In this document: one piece after another, positions 1 to 13,269 of the stretch
Layout of the letters: each line of letters starts with the position of its first letter
Numbering within the stretch: position 1 is the stretch's first letter
Source: Octopus sinensis
Lineage: Eukaryota
Reading direction: 5' to 3'
Assembly: GCF_006345805.1 (NCBI RefSeq)
Contig: NC_043008.1
Location: forward strand, 64,790,001-64,854,000
DNA length: 64,000 nt
Made by a program: the position numbers and the translations under genes
The notes under the pieces: model-generated
What the model saw: the letters and a program-made list of their open reading frames with translations, nothing else
Told to the model about the DNA's origin: nothing
The model's database searches: none

Positions 1-129
1 TGACATTCTATTACAAGTATTTTATTCCTCCGAACATATCGTGATGAAAGGTAAAATCGACTTAAGTGAGATCTGAACGTAAAAGTAAAACGACGTAGCA
101 AATTGTAAGATATTGATTATAGTTCTCTA

Positions 130-640
130 TTGCTTTTGCTTTCCATTGTTTTCTAAAGATTTCTATCTGTCCAAAAGCAGTTTACGAAACAAAATTAATC
201 TTACTCTCAGATCCTTGTCTGCTGTTGTATATTTATTTTCTGAGTTAGCTATTGTTGATACCAGGAAAATATTTCCTATATTAAACCAAGTCTTATTGAC
301 GCCCGAAAATATTATTTTGAATTCCTTCTGTACAGAAAACTTGTTTTCATTGCCGATATTTCATGTATATATCTACTGACTTCCGCTGATTCGGACAGCG
401 TCTGTTTATTACCATATGTCGAAGATCCAGTTATGAAATCATCTATTTACAGACGCCATATATACATACGCAAATTTCTTGAGGTTATCTTATATATTGA
501 GATTCCCTTTCTTGTCAACCTTCGTCTCACTTCTATATTTTTCTGAACATAGTTCGTTTATTAGGTAAGATGGCAAACTATTCCTGGATGCTAAATGCAG
601 GAAATTTGATTTTCATGAACAAAAACACTTGCTCCGTTTT
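130..640 (-). pseudogene. Very decayed Ty3/Gypsy-like RT/RNase H remnant
   Basis: Manual minus-strand translation with frameshifts gives 'KFAYVY..VDDFITGSST' (YxDD-like) and 'ANSENKYTTADKDL...FRKLLLDR', resembling the Gypsy RNase H motif NYSTTEKELL..FRHYLLGR. Many stops. Confidence 0.25.
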
Positions 641-3600
641 GTTGACATATTACAAACAGCAATGAAGAAATGCGAAATACAAATATACAGAAATACATAA
701 CCTAATAATTCTCCGGAGAAACTCAATTGATATCGTAGAGTTAAGTCTCCAGCTGAAGCGACACTATAATTTACAAAATCTACTTGAAGTATGATAACAG
801 TTGAAAATAAATATAACTGGCATTATATAAAAGATTATATGTAAATTGTATATTCATAAGCTAAGACTTAGACGAAGAAAGTTTGAATGTCACTGTAAGT
901 TCGGTTGCCGCAAGGGATGTAACATGACGTTTCGCAAACAAATCGTTCAGCGGAGTGTTCAAGTAATGAATTTGTAAGTTAAAAATGACTGAATAGATTA
1001 AAAGGATTAAAAGGTGTCACCGGAAGTGGATGAGAAGTTAATTGTAGTAAAAGAAAGAGGTAAGAAGTGAGATTTGGAGTGTAAAGGTTGTGTGACGGAG
1101 ACTGAGAGTGATAGAGAGAAAGTGAGAAAGAGGCGCCTGAGGTTTATAGGAGGGACAAAAACGGTAACCGTTACAGTAAAATAGACTGTATGATAAGTGA
1201 TAGGAAGAGGAACTAACAGTGTAGAGAAAGAGAACGTTTTAATCAAAGACAGCCAGACATATACAAAATTTTAAGTAATTATAAAAAAGGCAGTGTTGTA
1301 AGATAAAGAAAATATTACCGAAGGACAAGAGTATTCACATCGTTGGGGAACACGTTCCCTAATATTGTAATGCGTTTCTTTCAGCCGACTTGGTTATTAG
1401 GACTCTGGATTTCATTCTACCACACTTAAAGATGATTTAATTGTTATAGTATCAGCCTACACTCACTTGTATCTATTATATTAGTCGTAATGTGGTTGTC
1501 TTAATAGTTAAGTGGAACAGCTTGTGAGTAGTTACAAATAGGTGCCACGGGAACAGGAACTTAATAGCAACACTGTAAATTAGATAGGAAGAGACCATGG
1601 ACTTACTGCTGGGAGGCGAATCACCACAATAAAATAGAAGCAACGAGAGAAGGAACTGTTCTGAAATCTATTACAGATGCAAGAAGAGCAAGAGCTTACT
1701 TTTGCAAGATGTAGTGCAACTATAAAATGTTAGGCACTTCATTTAACTTGAGGTTCATTTGCACGCGGCGGGATTTGAATACAGAATGCAAATGAAGGTA
1801 ATTATATTTCACAAAACAGATCTATTTTATGATCACAAAATTTTTTGTTCATATTTAATTTCTCTATAGATCTAAATAGAGACACGAGTATTTTAATAAT
1901 AAAAAAACATATTTGGAAACTTGAATTGTAATTCAACTCCTAATTTCGAACTGAAATAAATATTCAAAATGCATTTTTACCTTTCGTTTTCAGTTGAAGA
2001 TATAAAATTTAAATAATATCTATCATACGTGACGGAATGGTATTCACCTCACAAAAGTGAAGTTAAAACCGCCTTTAATCCTAATACTGTTACCTGCTTC
2101 GAAAAGAGGGTATAGTGTTAAAATAATACATACAAAAATGATAGAAATTATTTATAAATCAAAATTAGGGCAGGATGAATTTTTGAATTACAAATAATTC
2201 AAAGATTTGGATCGATATCGAAAATCATCTGCAGTGTCTGCACACCCTTAAAATCGAAACGTTCACATTTGAAAGAAGTACAAGAATATTTTGTCAGATT
2301 TATATTTTATATTTTATTTCATGTCAGATTTATATTTTACATATGGATTCGTGAACCCTCTCAGTAGTATTAAGTTGATATTACAATCTGAAGAATTTCA
2401 AAAGAAATATTCTAAAGAAATTCATTTTTCTTCGAAATCAACATTTAGTTTGTTTAGATTGTATTACGCATTATTCTCAGTTTTCCATATCCACTTCTAT
2501 TATTAAATATACTCTGATAATCACACGAAAACAGCTTCGACCTATAAGTATTACCAGCCAAATATCTCGAAATCTTTCAGAAATTGATTTTTAAAACATC
2601 AACAAATTAGATAAAGCGCTGTTATATACATTAAGCATGAAAATAAGAGACTGGGAGGGCACGTCTATAACGTATCCCTCCTTAAATCAGCTCATGGCTA
2701 ACTGGAATTACACAAAAAGATAAAAACCACCAACAATGCTTCTTCATTGACCATCTTTTGTTTCAAAATAGGTAAATAATTATGATTAAGGCTTCGTAAT
2801 GTTTAATGTTTTCGAAATCCGATATTATTCACTAGGATCGCTTCTTTAATGCTTAAGCAGATACAATGAAGACCACGAAACCGCTGGCACTTTGGTTCGT
2901 ATACGAATAAATTAGTTGGAAGTTTTCAGTTGGTTAAAACAACAAAACAGATATCTCATCTTAACTGGATTTTATGTGATGTTATGACCTTGATTGCTTT
3001 AAGCATTTTTGAGCTAAAAACGTTTCAGTTCCACTATTTTAATTGCTTATTGCCAGAAAGAAATAAAGAAAAAACAATGAGAATTCCAAGGAAGTATAAC
3101 AATTGCAGAGGACATCATTTTTATTTGTGAGGGCATTGAATGTCAAGCCTGAAAATACTAACACTTTATTATGCAGACGCGATGGCTATATGAAAGTGAA
3201 TAAAATGGAGAGATATTCATATTTTTTCTATGGTATCATTATTCTATGGTATCAGTTGGTTTATCTTAGAAATATAAGCCACCAGATTACTGTACTTCAC
3301 TGGTGCTTCATTTTATTGCCCCTGAAGAGAATTGAATTTAGAACAAAAAGAACTGGAAATACCATTTATATTTTCCAACACAGCTCATACAAAACTGATT
3401 ACTATAGTCGATTATACTGGCTCCAGTACTACACTGGTTATTTATTTTATCGATCCTAGAAATATGAAAAGTAAAATTGACCAAGTTGTGATTTGAACTC
3501 AATATGTAAAGGAAGTATAATTTCTAACTGAGGCACAAGATTTCAAATTAAAAGGAGGATTATAACGTTTCATATCGACCAAAAAGTACTATATCTTACC

Positions 3601-4585
3601 ACTCACACAAATATGGCAAGCTAGTAGGTCCATTTGCTTGCTGTGAAAAATATTTCGCGATATTTTGCTGGTTTTTAGTTCCGAGTTCAAAACTCGGTGT
3701 CATTGCCTTTGCCTGCCATCCATTCGCGGCCGATAAAATAAATACCATTTGAGCACTGGAATCAATGTAACCGACTACCCCCTTACCCTGAAATTTCGGC
3801 CGATTAGTAGAAAGGATTTTATGGAACTCGATATCAGAAAAGACAAAGTTAAAATGAGGGTAAGTTGAAATCAGAACGCAATGAAAGGTAAAAAAAAGTA
3901 AATTTAACGAATGAAATCAAGCAACCAATGTGAATAATGAAATATTTGATGTTTAAACGTAGGGCCACTTTTTTCTAATTTTATTAATGCAATGTATAGC
4001 TTTCCATAATTAGGAATAAAGATGTTTATGATGATATAGGGTATCGTAAAACAACCGGAATAATTGTGTAGAAAGTGTGATGTAGACACATATTTAAGAC
4101 ACATATTAACTACTAGATCGAATTCGAATATGACAGTATAGAATCTGATCTACAAGTTGGGGTGTCTTAATCCCACGTTTTCTCTGAATAGTGTTGAATT
4201 ATATCTACACATATCATTGCTTTTCGAAGTTGAATACAAACCACACATTCGGTGAGAAGGTATAATTTCATGAAAAGTGTGTTGTAGATATGTACAGGAT
4301 ATTCAGAAATAATCTTTACAACATACGCAATTTATTGAATCGTATTCTCTAGAATTTTTGCACACGACTAATAGCTCTCACAAGGAACTATTCGGATATT
4401 TCTAACAGAACTTTGTTTGCCAATTACCTCTGCTAATCTATCCCTAATTTTCATATTTTACTGAATGTTTTAGAATATAACGGTAATTTCTAGACAATCT
4501 GTATATGTTTAAGAAAATGAGCAGCTAAATATTTTCTCTATATTTCCGTATTGGGAAATTTGCCATAAGAGACGGCATATTTTTA

Positions 4586-5248
4586 TTCGAATTACGATAT
4601 ATATAAAGTTTGCTTTGTATGAAGTGTGAAGATGTATTGAGATATACAGATATAGAGATAATTTATTCTCAAGCGCAGAATAGTGCATGAGCAGTGTGAA
4701 TAGGATAAAAGCTTTATATTGCAGAAAAATGTGTCAGCGGCCAGCCAAGAGGCTCCAAAATACATCTCTGTGATTGCCCATCAAGTGCTTTACCTATAAG
4801 CTAAACTGCCTACTGACAATATTTTCGGGTAATTTTTGAACTTATAAACTTAGCTTTTTTATTATAAACTCTGTATGTGAAATTCAAATTCAATATAAGG
4901 ATAGTATCCTATTCACACTGTTCATGCATCATTCTGCTCTTGAGAATAAATTATCTCCATATCTGTATATTTCAATACATCTCAAGACTTCCTACAAAGC
5001 AAGCTTTGTTTATATATATCGTAATTTGAATTTCACATAGAGCGTTTATAAAATAAGCTAAGTTTATAAGTTCAAAAATTGCAAAAATAATATTTTCAGT
5101 AGGGAGTTTAGCTTATAGGTAAAGCACTTGACCGGTAATCACGGAGATGTGAATTGGACCTTCATGGCTGGCCGCTGACACATCATTTTGCAATATAAGG
5201 ATATTATCTTATTCACGCTGTCCATGCATTATTCTTCGCTTGGGAATA
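4586..5248. repeat. 300-bp unit present once inverted and about 1.2 times in tandem
   Basis: 4586-4707 is the reverse complement of about 4900-5030; 4712-4890 is the reverse complement of about 5023-5199; 'caatataaggat' recurs at 4891 and 5191 (period 300). Confidence 0.85.
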
Positions 5249-6179
5249 CTTTAATTCAAGTAATTTTGCGAGTATTGTTCAGAGACGTCTACTGGACTCT
5301 TTATTGTAATTAAGGAGTTCTAGATATCGTACAAACTACGCTATCGAATTAATCAATATACCAGATTACATTTATAACAGCGACTGACTGATAATTCTTT
5401 ACTGACACAAGTAGGAGGAAAGGCAAATTCCACATGAACAGAGTTTGAAATTAGAAACTAATGAACCGCAAGTATAGACCATTATAAACATTTTAAATTT
5501 TCCCTGAAAAGTCAACGATTCTGCCAATCAACTGCCCGCTTGAATGTAAATAGCGTCTCTTAAAATAAGTAGCGGATAAGTACAGCTATTCTGTTTTATT
5601 TCTTTCTTGGATCTAATGTATAACCATCTTGTTTTTATACATACATGCGTGACTGCGCGTAGAGGTGCACGCATTGGAAGAATTGTAAATGGTATGCGAG
5701 TTAGATGTCGCACAACCATCATGTGTAGGACAGGTAACACAACAACGTCGGTCTTCCAGGCAATACTAATAATACCTCGTAGCTTACGAATATATATAAA
5801 TAGCTTTCTGTTTACTGCTTCTTACGGAGGAGAGCTAATTACATCCGATATATGACAACGATGATAGCAGAAACTTGTAACAAATAAATTAAATCTTATA
5901 AATCAACATGTGACAGCGTAGCTGTTATTGCTAACTTGAGTTAATTTTATTAAAACTATCTCGATATCTGCTAGTGTAAATTGTATTTTAATTGCATTAT
6001 ACTATCATGTACATCGAATTATAATTCTCTCAATATTAACTCACTGCCATATGTAATTAGCGATTTTGCGAATTCCTCGGTGTACCGAAAATTTGTGGAC
6101 AGGATATTCATAATGATATCAAGACTATAAAATATAAATGAATTTCGGAATCAATTGATAATTCAAAGTAAGATTATGA

Positions 6180-6214
6180 GTGTGTGTGCCTGTGTGAGCG
6201 CACGTGCGTATGTA

Positions 6215-6307
<93 letters not shown>

Positions 6308-6620
6308 ATATGTATGTATATATGTAGATATATACATATATATGTATATATACACAGATATATATATACATATATACATATATACATATACATACATATA
6401 TATATACATACATATATATATATAGATGTAGTGCCATTCAATACACGTTATATTTTACATATAATACTCTCCTATATATATATATACTTAATAATTAGGT
6501 GCCAAATTCTACTTGGTGAAATTATTGATTACTTCTTAATTAATTAATTTTACCCTTTGTTATTAAATATATATATATATACATACATATACATACATAC
6601 ATATATACATAGATATGCGT
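6180..6620. repeat. (TA)n/(TATG)n/(TACA)n compound microsatellite
   Basis: Direct inspection; explains the YI-repeat ORFs. Confidence 0.95.
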
Positions 6621-6629
6621 AGTAGAAAT

Positions 6630-7170
6630 ATATAGTGATTACAAGGTGTTGATATCGGTGCGTGTATGTTATTACAGTAGTTTATAAAGAGATGAAGAAT
6701 AAATTCAAGATCTATATATTTACTACTTAAAAATATATTTTATTTACTGGTCGATGATGATACATGGAATCAAAATGTAGAATCTAATTGAATGAAGTAA
6801 TCTATACAAGAAAGTTCAGAGATAGAACATGTAGAAATAACAGCTAAGTGGTGATTTTCAGTCATATGGCGTAGAGAAATAGACCGACATAGGAATGACG
6901 TGAATGGCTCTAAGTCTAATCGACTAAGAAGCGAAGAGCTGGGTTAGGAATCTGCTTTTATATTAATGGAACGCTAGGCATTCCAGAAGATTCCAAGAGA
7001 AACGCAAATATTCATGAATAATTAAGAATCACGTCTCATGACACAGATGCTTAGAGAAACTTAGAAAAGAGAGTTTACTCTATAATCTTTCTTGCAATGG
7101 AGATCATTCAACTATTTATCTACCTAGATCATTACACACAGCCCAGGCAGTGGCAACAGTATACAATAAT
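6630..7170 (-). mobile_element. Possible solo or 3' LTR relic
   Basis: Minus strand has TATAAAAG followed by a pyrimidine-rich tract, directly downstream of the Gypsy RNase H relic. No second LTR or polypurine tract seen. Confidence 0.2.
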
Positions 7171-7269
7171 GAAAACAACAAAAATGTATACATCATAAAA
7201 TGTCAAAACAGAAACAATATTACAGTTCAAATGTAATAAATGTTTGTTAAATTCTTTGGTCAATGCACA

Positions 7270-7800
7270 TGTCTACCGCTTTTGGTAGTCAGAGTTGGTG
7301 AAGTTGAGTATAAAGGACGCGTTTGTAATGATGTGTGGGTGTTGTCTGTATGGTGTGGGGGTGGAAATAATTTTTTCTTCAGACATTTCGCCCAAGTTAA
7401 TTTCTGCAGTTGAAAATAACGCGTTGACAGGTAAACGGGGTAAAAAAATCTGCAACAATGTTCTCAGAACCTGGAATGTATTGTATATCACTCGTGATTT
7501 GTGAAATGTAATCCACATGTTGAATGTCACTCAGAGAAAATTTATCAGGCTTACAGTGTAAAGCGAAAGATAACGGCTTATGGTGCGTAAATATTGACAA
7601 GTTTCTCCTTTCCAAAATGTGTTGGAAGTGTTTAACCGAGAGGTAAAAAAGGTAACAGTTCATGACTGAACGTACAATATTTAGTTTCAGCTGGGTTTAA
7701 CTGGTAAGAGAAAAACGCCAGAAGTTGCCATTCGCCCTGGTAGATTTGTTGAAAGACTGCGCCGACGCCAGTTTTGGAAATCTGGAATGGGGTGAGCCAA
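7270..7800 (-). mobile_element. Ty3/Gypsy LTR retrotransposon RNase H fragment
   Basis: Minus strand reads 'TGVGAVFQQIYQGEWQLLAFFSYQL-PAETKYCTFSHEL', then 'YLSVKHFQHILERRNLSIFTHHKPLSFAL...DYISQITSDIQYIPGSENIVAD', typical Gypsy RNase H motifs with frameshifts. Confidence 0.85.
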
Positions 7801-8003
7801 CATATAGACACGAGAGCTGTATATATGTATGTGTGTATATATATATATGGAAAAGAGGAATTTCAATTATCTCCACGTTGTGAGTTGTAATGTATATAAT
7901 TTTGTCCATGTTGTGTGTGATGAAATTCACTCATGAATTTCATCTCACGCAACATGGACAAAATTTCTTCTTAAGAAAAAATATATATTCAAATAAGTAA
8001 AAC

Positions 8004-8285
8004 AGGCGCAGGAGTGGCTGTGTGGTAAGTAGCTTGTTTACCAACCACATGGTCCCGGGTTCAGTCCCACTGCGTGGCACCTTGGGCAAGTGTCTTCTAC
8101 TATAGCCTCGGGCCAACCAAAGCCTTGTGAGTGGATTTGGTAGACGGAAAATGAAAGAAGCCCGTCGTATATATGGGCTTACAAAAGAATAAGTCCCGGG
8201 GTCGAGTTGCTCGATTAAAGGTGGTGCTCCAGCATGACCGCAGTCAAATGACTGAAACAAGTAAAAGAGTAAAGAGTAAAGAGAG
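8004..8285 (+). mobile_element. tRNA-derived SINE, family B (CORE-like, CR1-type tail)
   Basis: A box TGGCTGTGTGG, B box GGTTCAGTCCC, CORE-like 'ggcaccttgggcaagtgtc', tail 'ggtggtgctccagcatgaccgcagtcaaatgactgaaac'. Confidence 0.85.
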
Positions 8286-8389
8286 TATAATGTTGTGAAT
8301 AGCGATAGCGAAACCGGTCGATATATTAAAAATTATATTAAAATATTAAAACTATGTAAGTGTGCGTATTTTCCTTTTTTAATTTCTAA

Positions 8390-8394
8390 GATAT

Positions 8395-8446
<52 letters not shown>

Positions 8447-8519
8447 ATATATATATATGTATGTACATATATATATGTATGTACATATATATATGTATGT
8501 ATGTATGTATGTACATATA

Positions 8520-8576
<57 letters not shown>

Positions 8577-8620
8577 GTACATATACACACACACATGCGC
8601 ACATATATATCCATACATAT
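8390..8620. repeat. (TA)n/(TATG)n microsatellite
   Basis: Direct inspection. Confidence 0.95.
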
Positions 8621-8623
8621 ATA

Positions 8624-9649
8624 TCAGGTCATCCCATAATTTTGACTAAAGAAAACAAGTGATCGAATGTTATATTTAATTGCAATTTAATCACCAATGT
8701 ACATTACCTGATTATCTATGACTTCCTTCCATCTATTTACAAGCTTCTAAAACCCATCAATGTAAAACTGTTTTGGTTTTAAAGCGAAGAACTATGAAAT
8801 ATCAGTTTCGACCTCCTCCTGGCTTGCGAAAGTTATGTTCCCCAAATGATTCTGTAAACTATGGAACAAGTAGTATTCTGAAGGAGCAAGTTTGGGAAAA
8901 TAAGGTGAATGAGGAATTTTTCCCAACCAAGCTCTTCGATCTTCTGTGATATCATCTTTGCAGTGTGGGGTCGCGCATTCTCCTGATGAAACATCACTAC
9001 TTTTAGATTCAATTTTCGTCACCAGTCAGAAGTCTATCCATAAAGGGTGAAATGTGTTCGCGAGAATGGAGAGAAGAGCAGTTGCCAACTCGGGATTTGT
9101 GGTTACTTTCGGACAATTCATGAGGTAGCCATTTTACATGTTTAGGAAGCTTTCCAGGTTGTTGAAGATGACGACGAACAGTTGCATGGTTTGAACTAAG
9201 CTTCGTTGCCAATTCTTCAACTGATTATGCAGGATTTTCTTCAAGTAATGCCTCAAGGAGCTTATCATCAGACTCAACTGGATGTCTTGTTCGATCTTCA
9301 TCTTCAAGGCTGAAATCTCCACTTCTGAATTTTGCAAACCATCTTCTGTAAGTTCATTCATTTAAGCATTCTTTCCCATAAACTGAGTGTATGTTTCGTG
9401 TCGATTCGGCAGCAGAATGTCCTTTTTGTACTCATAAAGCATTATGTGCCTCAAATAGTTTTATGCTAGAAAGGGTTTTAATCAAAGAAATTTTAATTCT
9501 ATTATTCTGTAAAATGATATTTAACTGTACACAAATGTATACAGATGGATAAAAATAATTTTAAATTCAATTAGAGATTCTAAAATACGATTAAATTTCA
9601 TTCAATTTTAAAAAAGGTAAAATCGGACAGAACTTATGGGATGACATGA
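8624..9649 (-). mobile_element. Mariner (Tc1/mariner) transposon, internally deleted, non-autonomous
   Basis: TIRs tcaggtcatcccataa / ttatgggatgacatga flanked by TA. Transposase pieces 'TVRRHLQQPGKLPKHVKWLPHELSE', 'DRLLTGDE' and 'PHSPYFPKLAPSEYYLFHSLQNHL' (YSPDLAPSD-like) with frameshifts. Confidence 0.92.
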
Positions 9650-10034
9650 TACATACATATATACACATGCTCACAGATGTGTAAAGTAGTTATAGTGGAT
9701 ATTAAGAAAATAAGTAAACATGGAAGCAAGACATCTGGAGAAATAAATATATGAATGGCGTGTTTTTTCTAACCCTGTTAATGAGGAATACTTCCACAAG
9801 TCCTATAGCTATTCTTTCTTACAATGAAAGTGGAGACACATCTACACCGTCGTGTTCTCCTAAACCAGTTAAGTATCTTAACCATGAGTGATCGATGCGA
9901 TGAGTAATCAAAACAATTCTAGTGATTAATAAACATTCTCGTATCTTCTATATTCGATCTCATTAATCATATGTGTGCGTGTGTGTGCATGTCCTCATGT
10001 TGTCCGTTTTTATTCGTTTATTTGAATTGACTAT

Positions 10035-10425
10035 ATTCTTTTATTCATTTATTCTTTTACTAGTTTCAGTCATTTGACTGCGGCCATTCTGGGGCACCGC
10101 CTTTAGTCGAAGAAATCGACCCCAGGACTTATTCTTTCTAAGCCCAGTACTTATTCTATCGGTGTCTTTTGTCGAACCGCTAAGTGACGGGGACGTAAAC
10201 ATACCAGCACACGCGCACACAAACACACACACACATATATATGTATATATATATAAATATACGCCGGGCTTCCTTCAGTTTCCGTCTACTAAATCCACTC
10301 ACGAGGCTTTCGTCGACCCGATGCTATATTAGAAAACACTTGCCCAAGGTGCCACGCAGTGGGACTGAATGTGGAACCATATAGTTGGTAAGCAACCTAC
10401 TTACCACACAGCCACTACTGTGCCT
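10035..10425 (-). mobile_element. SINE family B with internal (CA)n
   Basis: Reverse complement of the 8004 copy, including head and the 'ggcggtgccccagaatggccgcagtcaaatgactgaaac' tail. Confidence 0.85.
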
Positions 10426-10522
10426 ACATACAATATATATGTATGTGTGTTTATGTATGTGTACATATATATATATCAATATATATATCTATATCTGTTT
10501 ATCTATCTATCTACACACACAT

Positions 10523-10554
<32 letters not shown>

Positions 10555-11944
10555 TTATATATATATATGTACCATAAAAAGTAAAGATGTATGAGAGTTT
10601 AACATTCATTTGACCATTTGAAATCCTTAGGATTACGACCGTTTCGCAACATTCTTTATGCAATAATAGTTTCTGTGTATAATAGATTATGTTTGCCTGT
10701 TTGTATTAACATGCATGCCACGCGTTATGTAGTACAACAATATTATAAAAAAATAAAATTTCTTTTTATAAATGCAAGGCAATGAAGTCCGAGGTAAGAT
10801 AAAATTAGTTTGGTAATGGTCAGCATAACAATGTTATGTTGTTTCATAACAATTTAGGTACTACATCTTAAGTTGAAGAAATTGGTTTTCTTTAATGTTA
10901 ACAAAAATAGGAAGGGATAAAAAGAAGTAAAATAGGTCTCGTGAATATATTGTAAAATAAACAACTAGTAAACAAATCATATGAAGAAATAAATGTATGA
11001 ATGGCTGGGCATTTTTTTACTCCCGTTAATGGGGTAGTCTTCTACATGTCCTGTAACTATTCTTTATTACAAAGAAAGAGGAGCAAAATCGAAATTTCTG
11101 TAAAACAGTTTTGACGGACATCTGTACGTTAGAACTACAACGGCGACGATTACGGTGATGATGATAATAGAGATTATGATGGTGATGATGATGATGATGA
11201 TATTCGAGTTAATTCTTGCGTATTTGCAATATTTTTTTAGAGAAATTTAAAATTAAATACACAGTTGGAACCACGATAGGTCTTGAACTTAGAGTGCACA
11301 AACGAAGTTCATTCACAAACACATAAAAATAAATAAATACACACGCAAGCAAGGACGCACGCATCTACACATGCACCTGCGCAGAATGTGTAACTCACAC
11401 ACTGAATTTGTAACATCCAAACGTACGCACAATTTAAAGAGGAGATTGGGAGAAATGCGTAGATTGAGAGATAAATTATCGTGAGATATAGCAACAGACA
11501 CACTGCTTTGATATGCCATCGGATTCATTTGGATAAGACAGCATGAGTCTCTTTATCTCTTTAGGCAAATTAATTAACCTCTTGTTGAATTGTCATGATT
11601 TATTTGACAGATATAATGCAGTGCCCTCTTGAGGCAGCAAGGAAAAAATACTTGATCTTCGTGGCAAACGGAGTAATCTTCGTTCTGTTTTATTTTATAC
11701 ATTCATAGCTTAATTTTTTTTCTTCTTATTCTTTCGTTTTCCTTTTTATGTTTGAACTGACACTTGGATCAAGATCAAAGAAATGCGCATTCTGGTTTTC
11801 AAACATATGCTTTTAAAATCGCATGGTATAACCACAAGCCACATACAGAGATCGAAGCACAAACACACGGACAAAAATACAAGATCGTGTGTGGGTGTGA
11901 GTGTGTGGATGTGTGGGATGTTGTGTGTGTGTGTGTGTGTGTGT

Positions 11945-12170
11945 ATGAACTTCCAGCAGTAAATTTCTCCCACGAAGCATCGACCACAGTCTCCAGAAGC
12001 TTCACATAGCCGTGTGAATTGAGCCTGAAGTCTTGTTCAATGATGCGGAAATGACTTCAGTCAAGCGGACGCAGTAAAAATGACTACTTCACTTCCGCTG
12101 GCCACGGCTTCGTAGTTCCATTGTCTGTTGCAGCTAGCCATGTTTACAACTTACAGAGTCCACAGTATTG
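11945..12170 (-). mobile_element. maT/Tc1-like transposase fragment
   Basis: 'RLNSHGYVKLLETVVDASWEKFTAGSSY'; homologous to 'YVKLLDNIINVWLKSVA' at about 63.0 kb. Confidence 0.6.
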
Positions 12171-12178
12171 ATGATTTC

Positions 12179-12253
<75 letters not shown>

Positions 12254-12641
12254 TGCCGTGACATAGCCTCTCAGCTCTTGATTAGATCATAGGAGCTAGT
12301 CATGATTGTAGCATGCCAAGTGCACTTTTAGACGTGGAATACTATCCTTCCACAGACACAGCCACAACAGTTCCCTTCCAGAAAGACATCCGCTCAAACA
12401 AGAAGAGTGAAGGTTAGAGAAAGATAATAGAGATACATCCCTGAGAATGTAGAATCTATCTTTGCCAGCGAAGAATTAGTATTGTATTGAATGAGAAGAA
12501 ACAATATAAAATATCATAGCTTAATTACGAGCGTCGTTATTGGAACCCAAGTTGCAGCCCGTCACTGTGATAGTTACAAATCAATCTAACTGGGACTCTA
12601 ACTCTACTGACAATTCAATATATAGCTATGTATCTATGTGT

Positions 12642-13025
12642 GGAGGCGCAATGGCCCAGTGGTTAGGGCAGCGGACTCGCGGTCATAGGATCGCGGTTTC
12701 GATTCCCAGACCGGGCGTTGTGAGTGTTTATTGAGCGAAAACACCTAAAGCTCCACGAGGCTCCGGCAGGGATGGTGGTGATCCCTGCTGTACTCTTTCA
12801 TCACAACTTTCTCTCACTCTTACCTCCTGTTTCTGTTGTACCTGTATTTCAAAGGGCTGGTCTTGTCACTCTCTGTGGCACGCTGAATATCCCCGAGAAC
12901 TACGTTAAGGGTACACGTGTCTGTGGTGTGCTCAGCCACTTACACATTAATTTCACAAGCAGGCTGTTCCGTTGGTCGGATCAACCGGAACCCTCATCGT
13001 CGTAACCGACGGAGTGCTTCCATCC
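12642..13025 (+). mobile_element. tRNA-derived SINE, family C
   Basis: Head ggaggcgcaatggcccagtggttagg (A box) and ggtttcgattcc (B box); homologous minus-strand copy at 28.4-28.7 kb. Confidence 0.85.
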
Positions 13026-13029
13026 ATGT

Positions 13030-13215
13030 ATCTACGTATATATGTGTATGTGTGTGCTCCTGATCAAAACACTTTATTTCACGTTGTTGCAGTTCACTCA
13101 ACTGCAGAAATTAATTGCGGTGTCACTGGTACCGAGCAGTATCGGCGTTTGCTTTTCTCTTGGATAACATCCGTGTCATGGGGAGGGGACGCTGGTATGC
13201 ATGATTGTTGATAGT
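13030..13215 (+). mobile_element. 5'-truncated SINE, family D
   Basis: 'aaacactttatttcacgttgttgcagttcactcaactg' matches the copies at 27965-28272 and 61358-61610. Confidence 0.7.
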
Positions 13216-13269
13216 GTTATGAGTCTCAACTGAATGGCTGGCTGTAGCCTTAAGAAGCAAACAATCAAT

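Noticed and set aside
980-1260. RTE-like 3' fragment (EKVRKRRLRF), and a similar relic at 57270-57450
   Set aside because: Short, heavily decayed similarity only.
5607-5855. Helitron helicase-like ORF (IVNGMRV...LIIPRS)
   Set aside because: Key helicase motifs are absent; the similarity is likely chance.
12642-12715. tRNA-like heads here and in other SINEs
   Set aside because: They have A and B boxes but no complete cloverleaf and continue into SINE bodies, so they are not tRNA genes.
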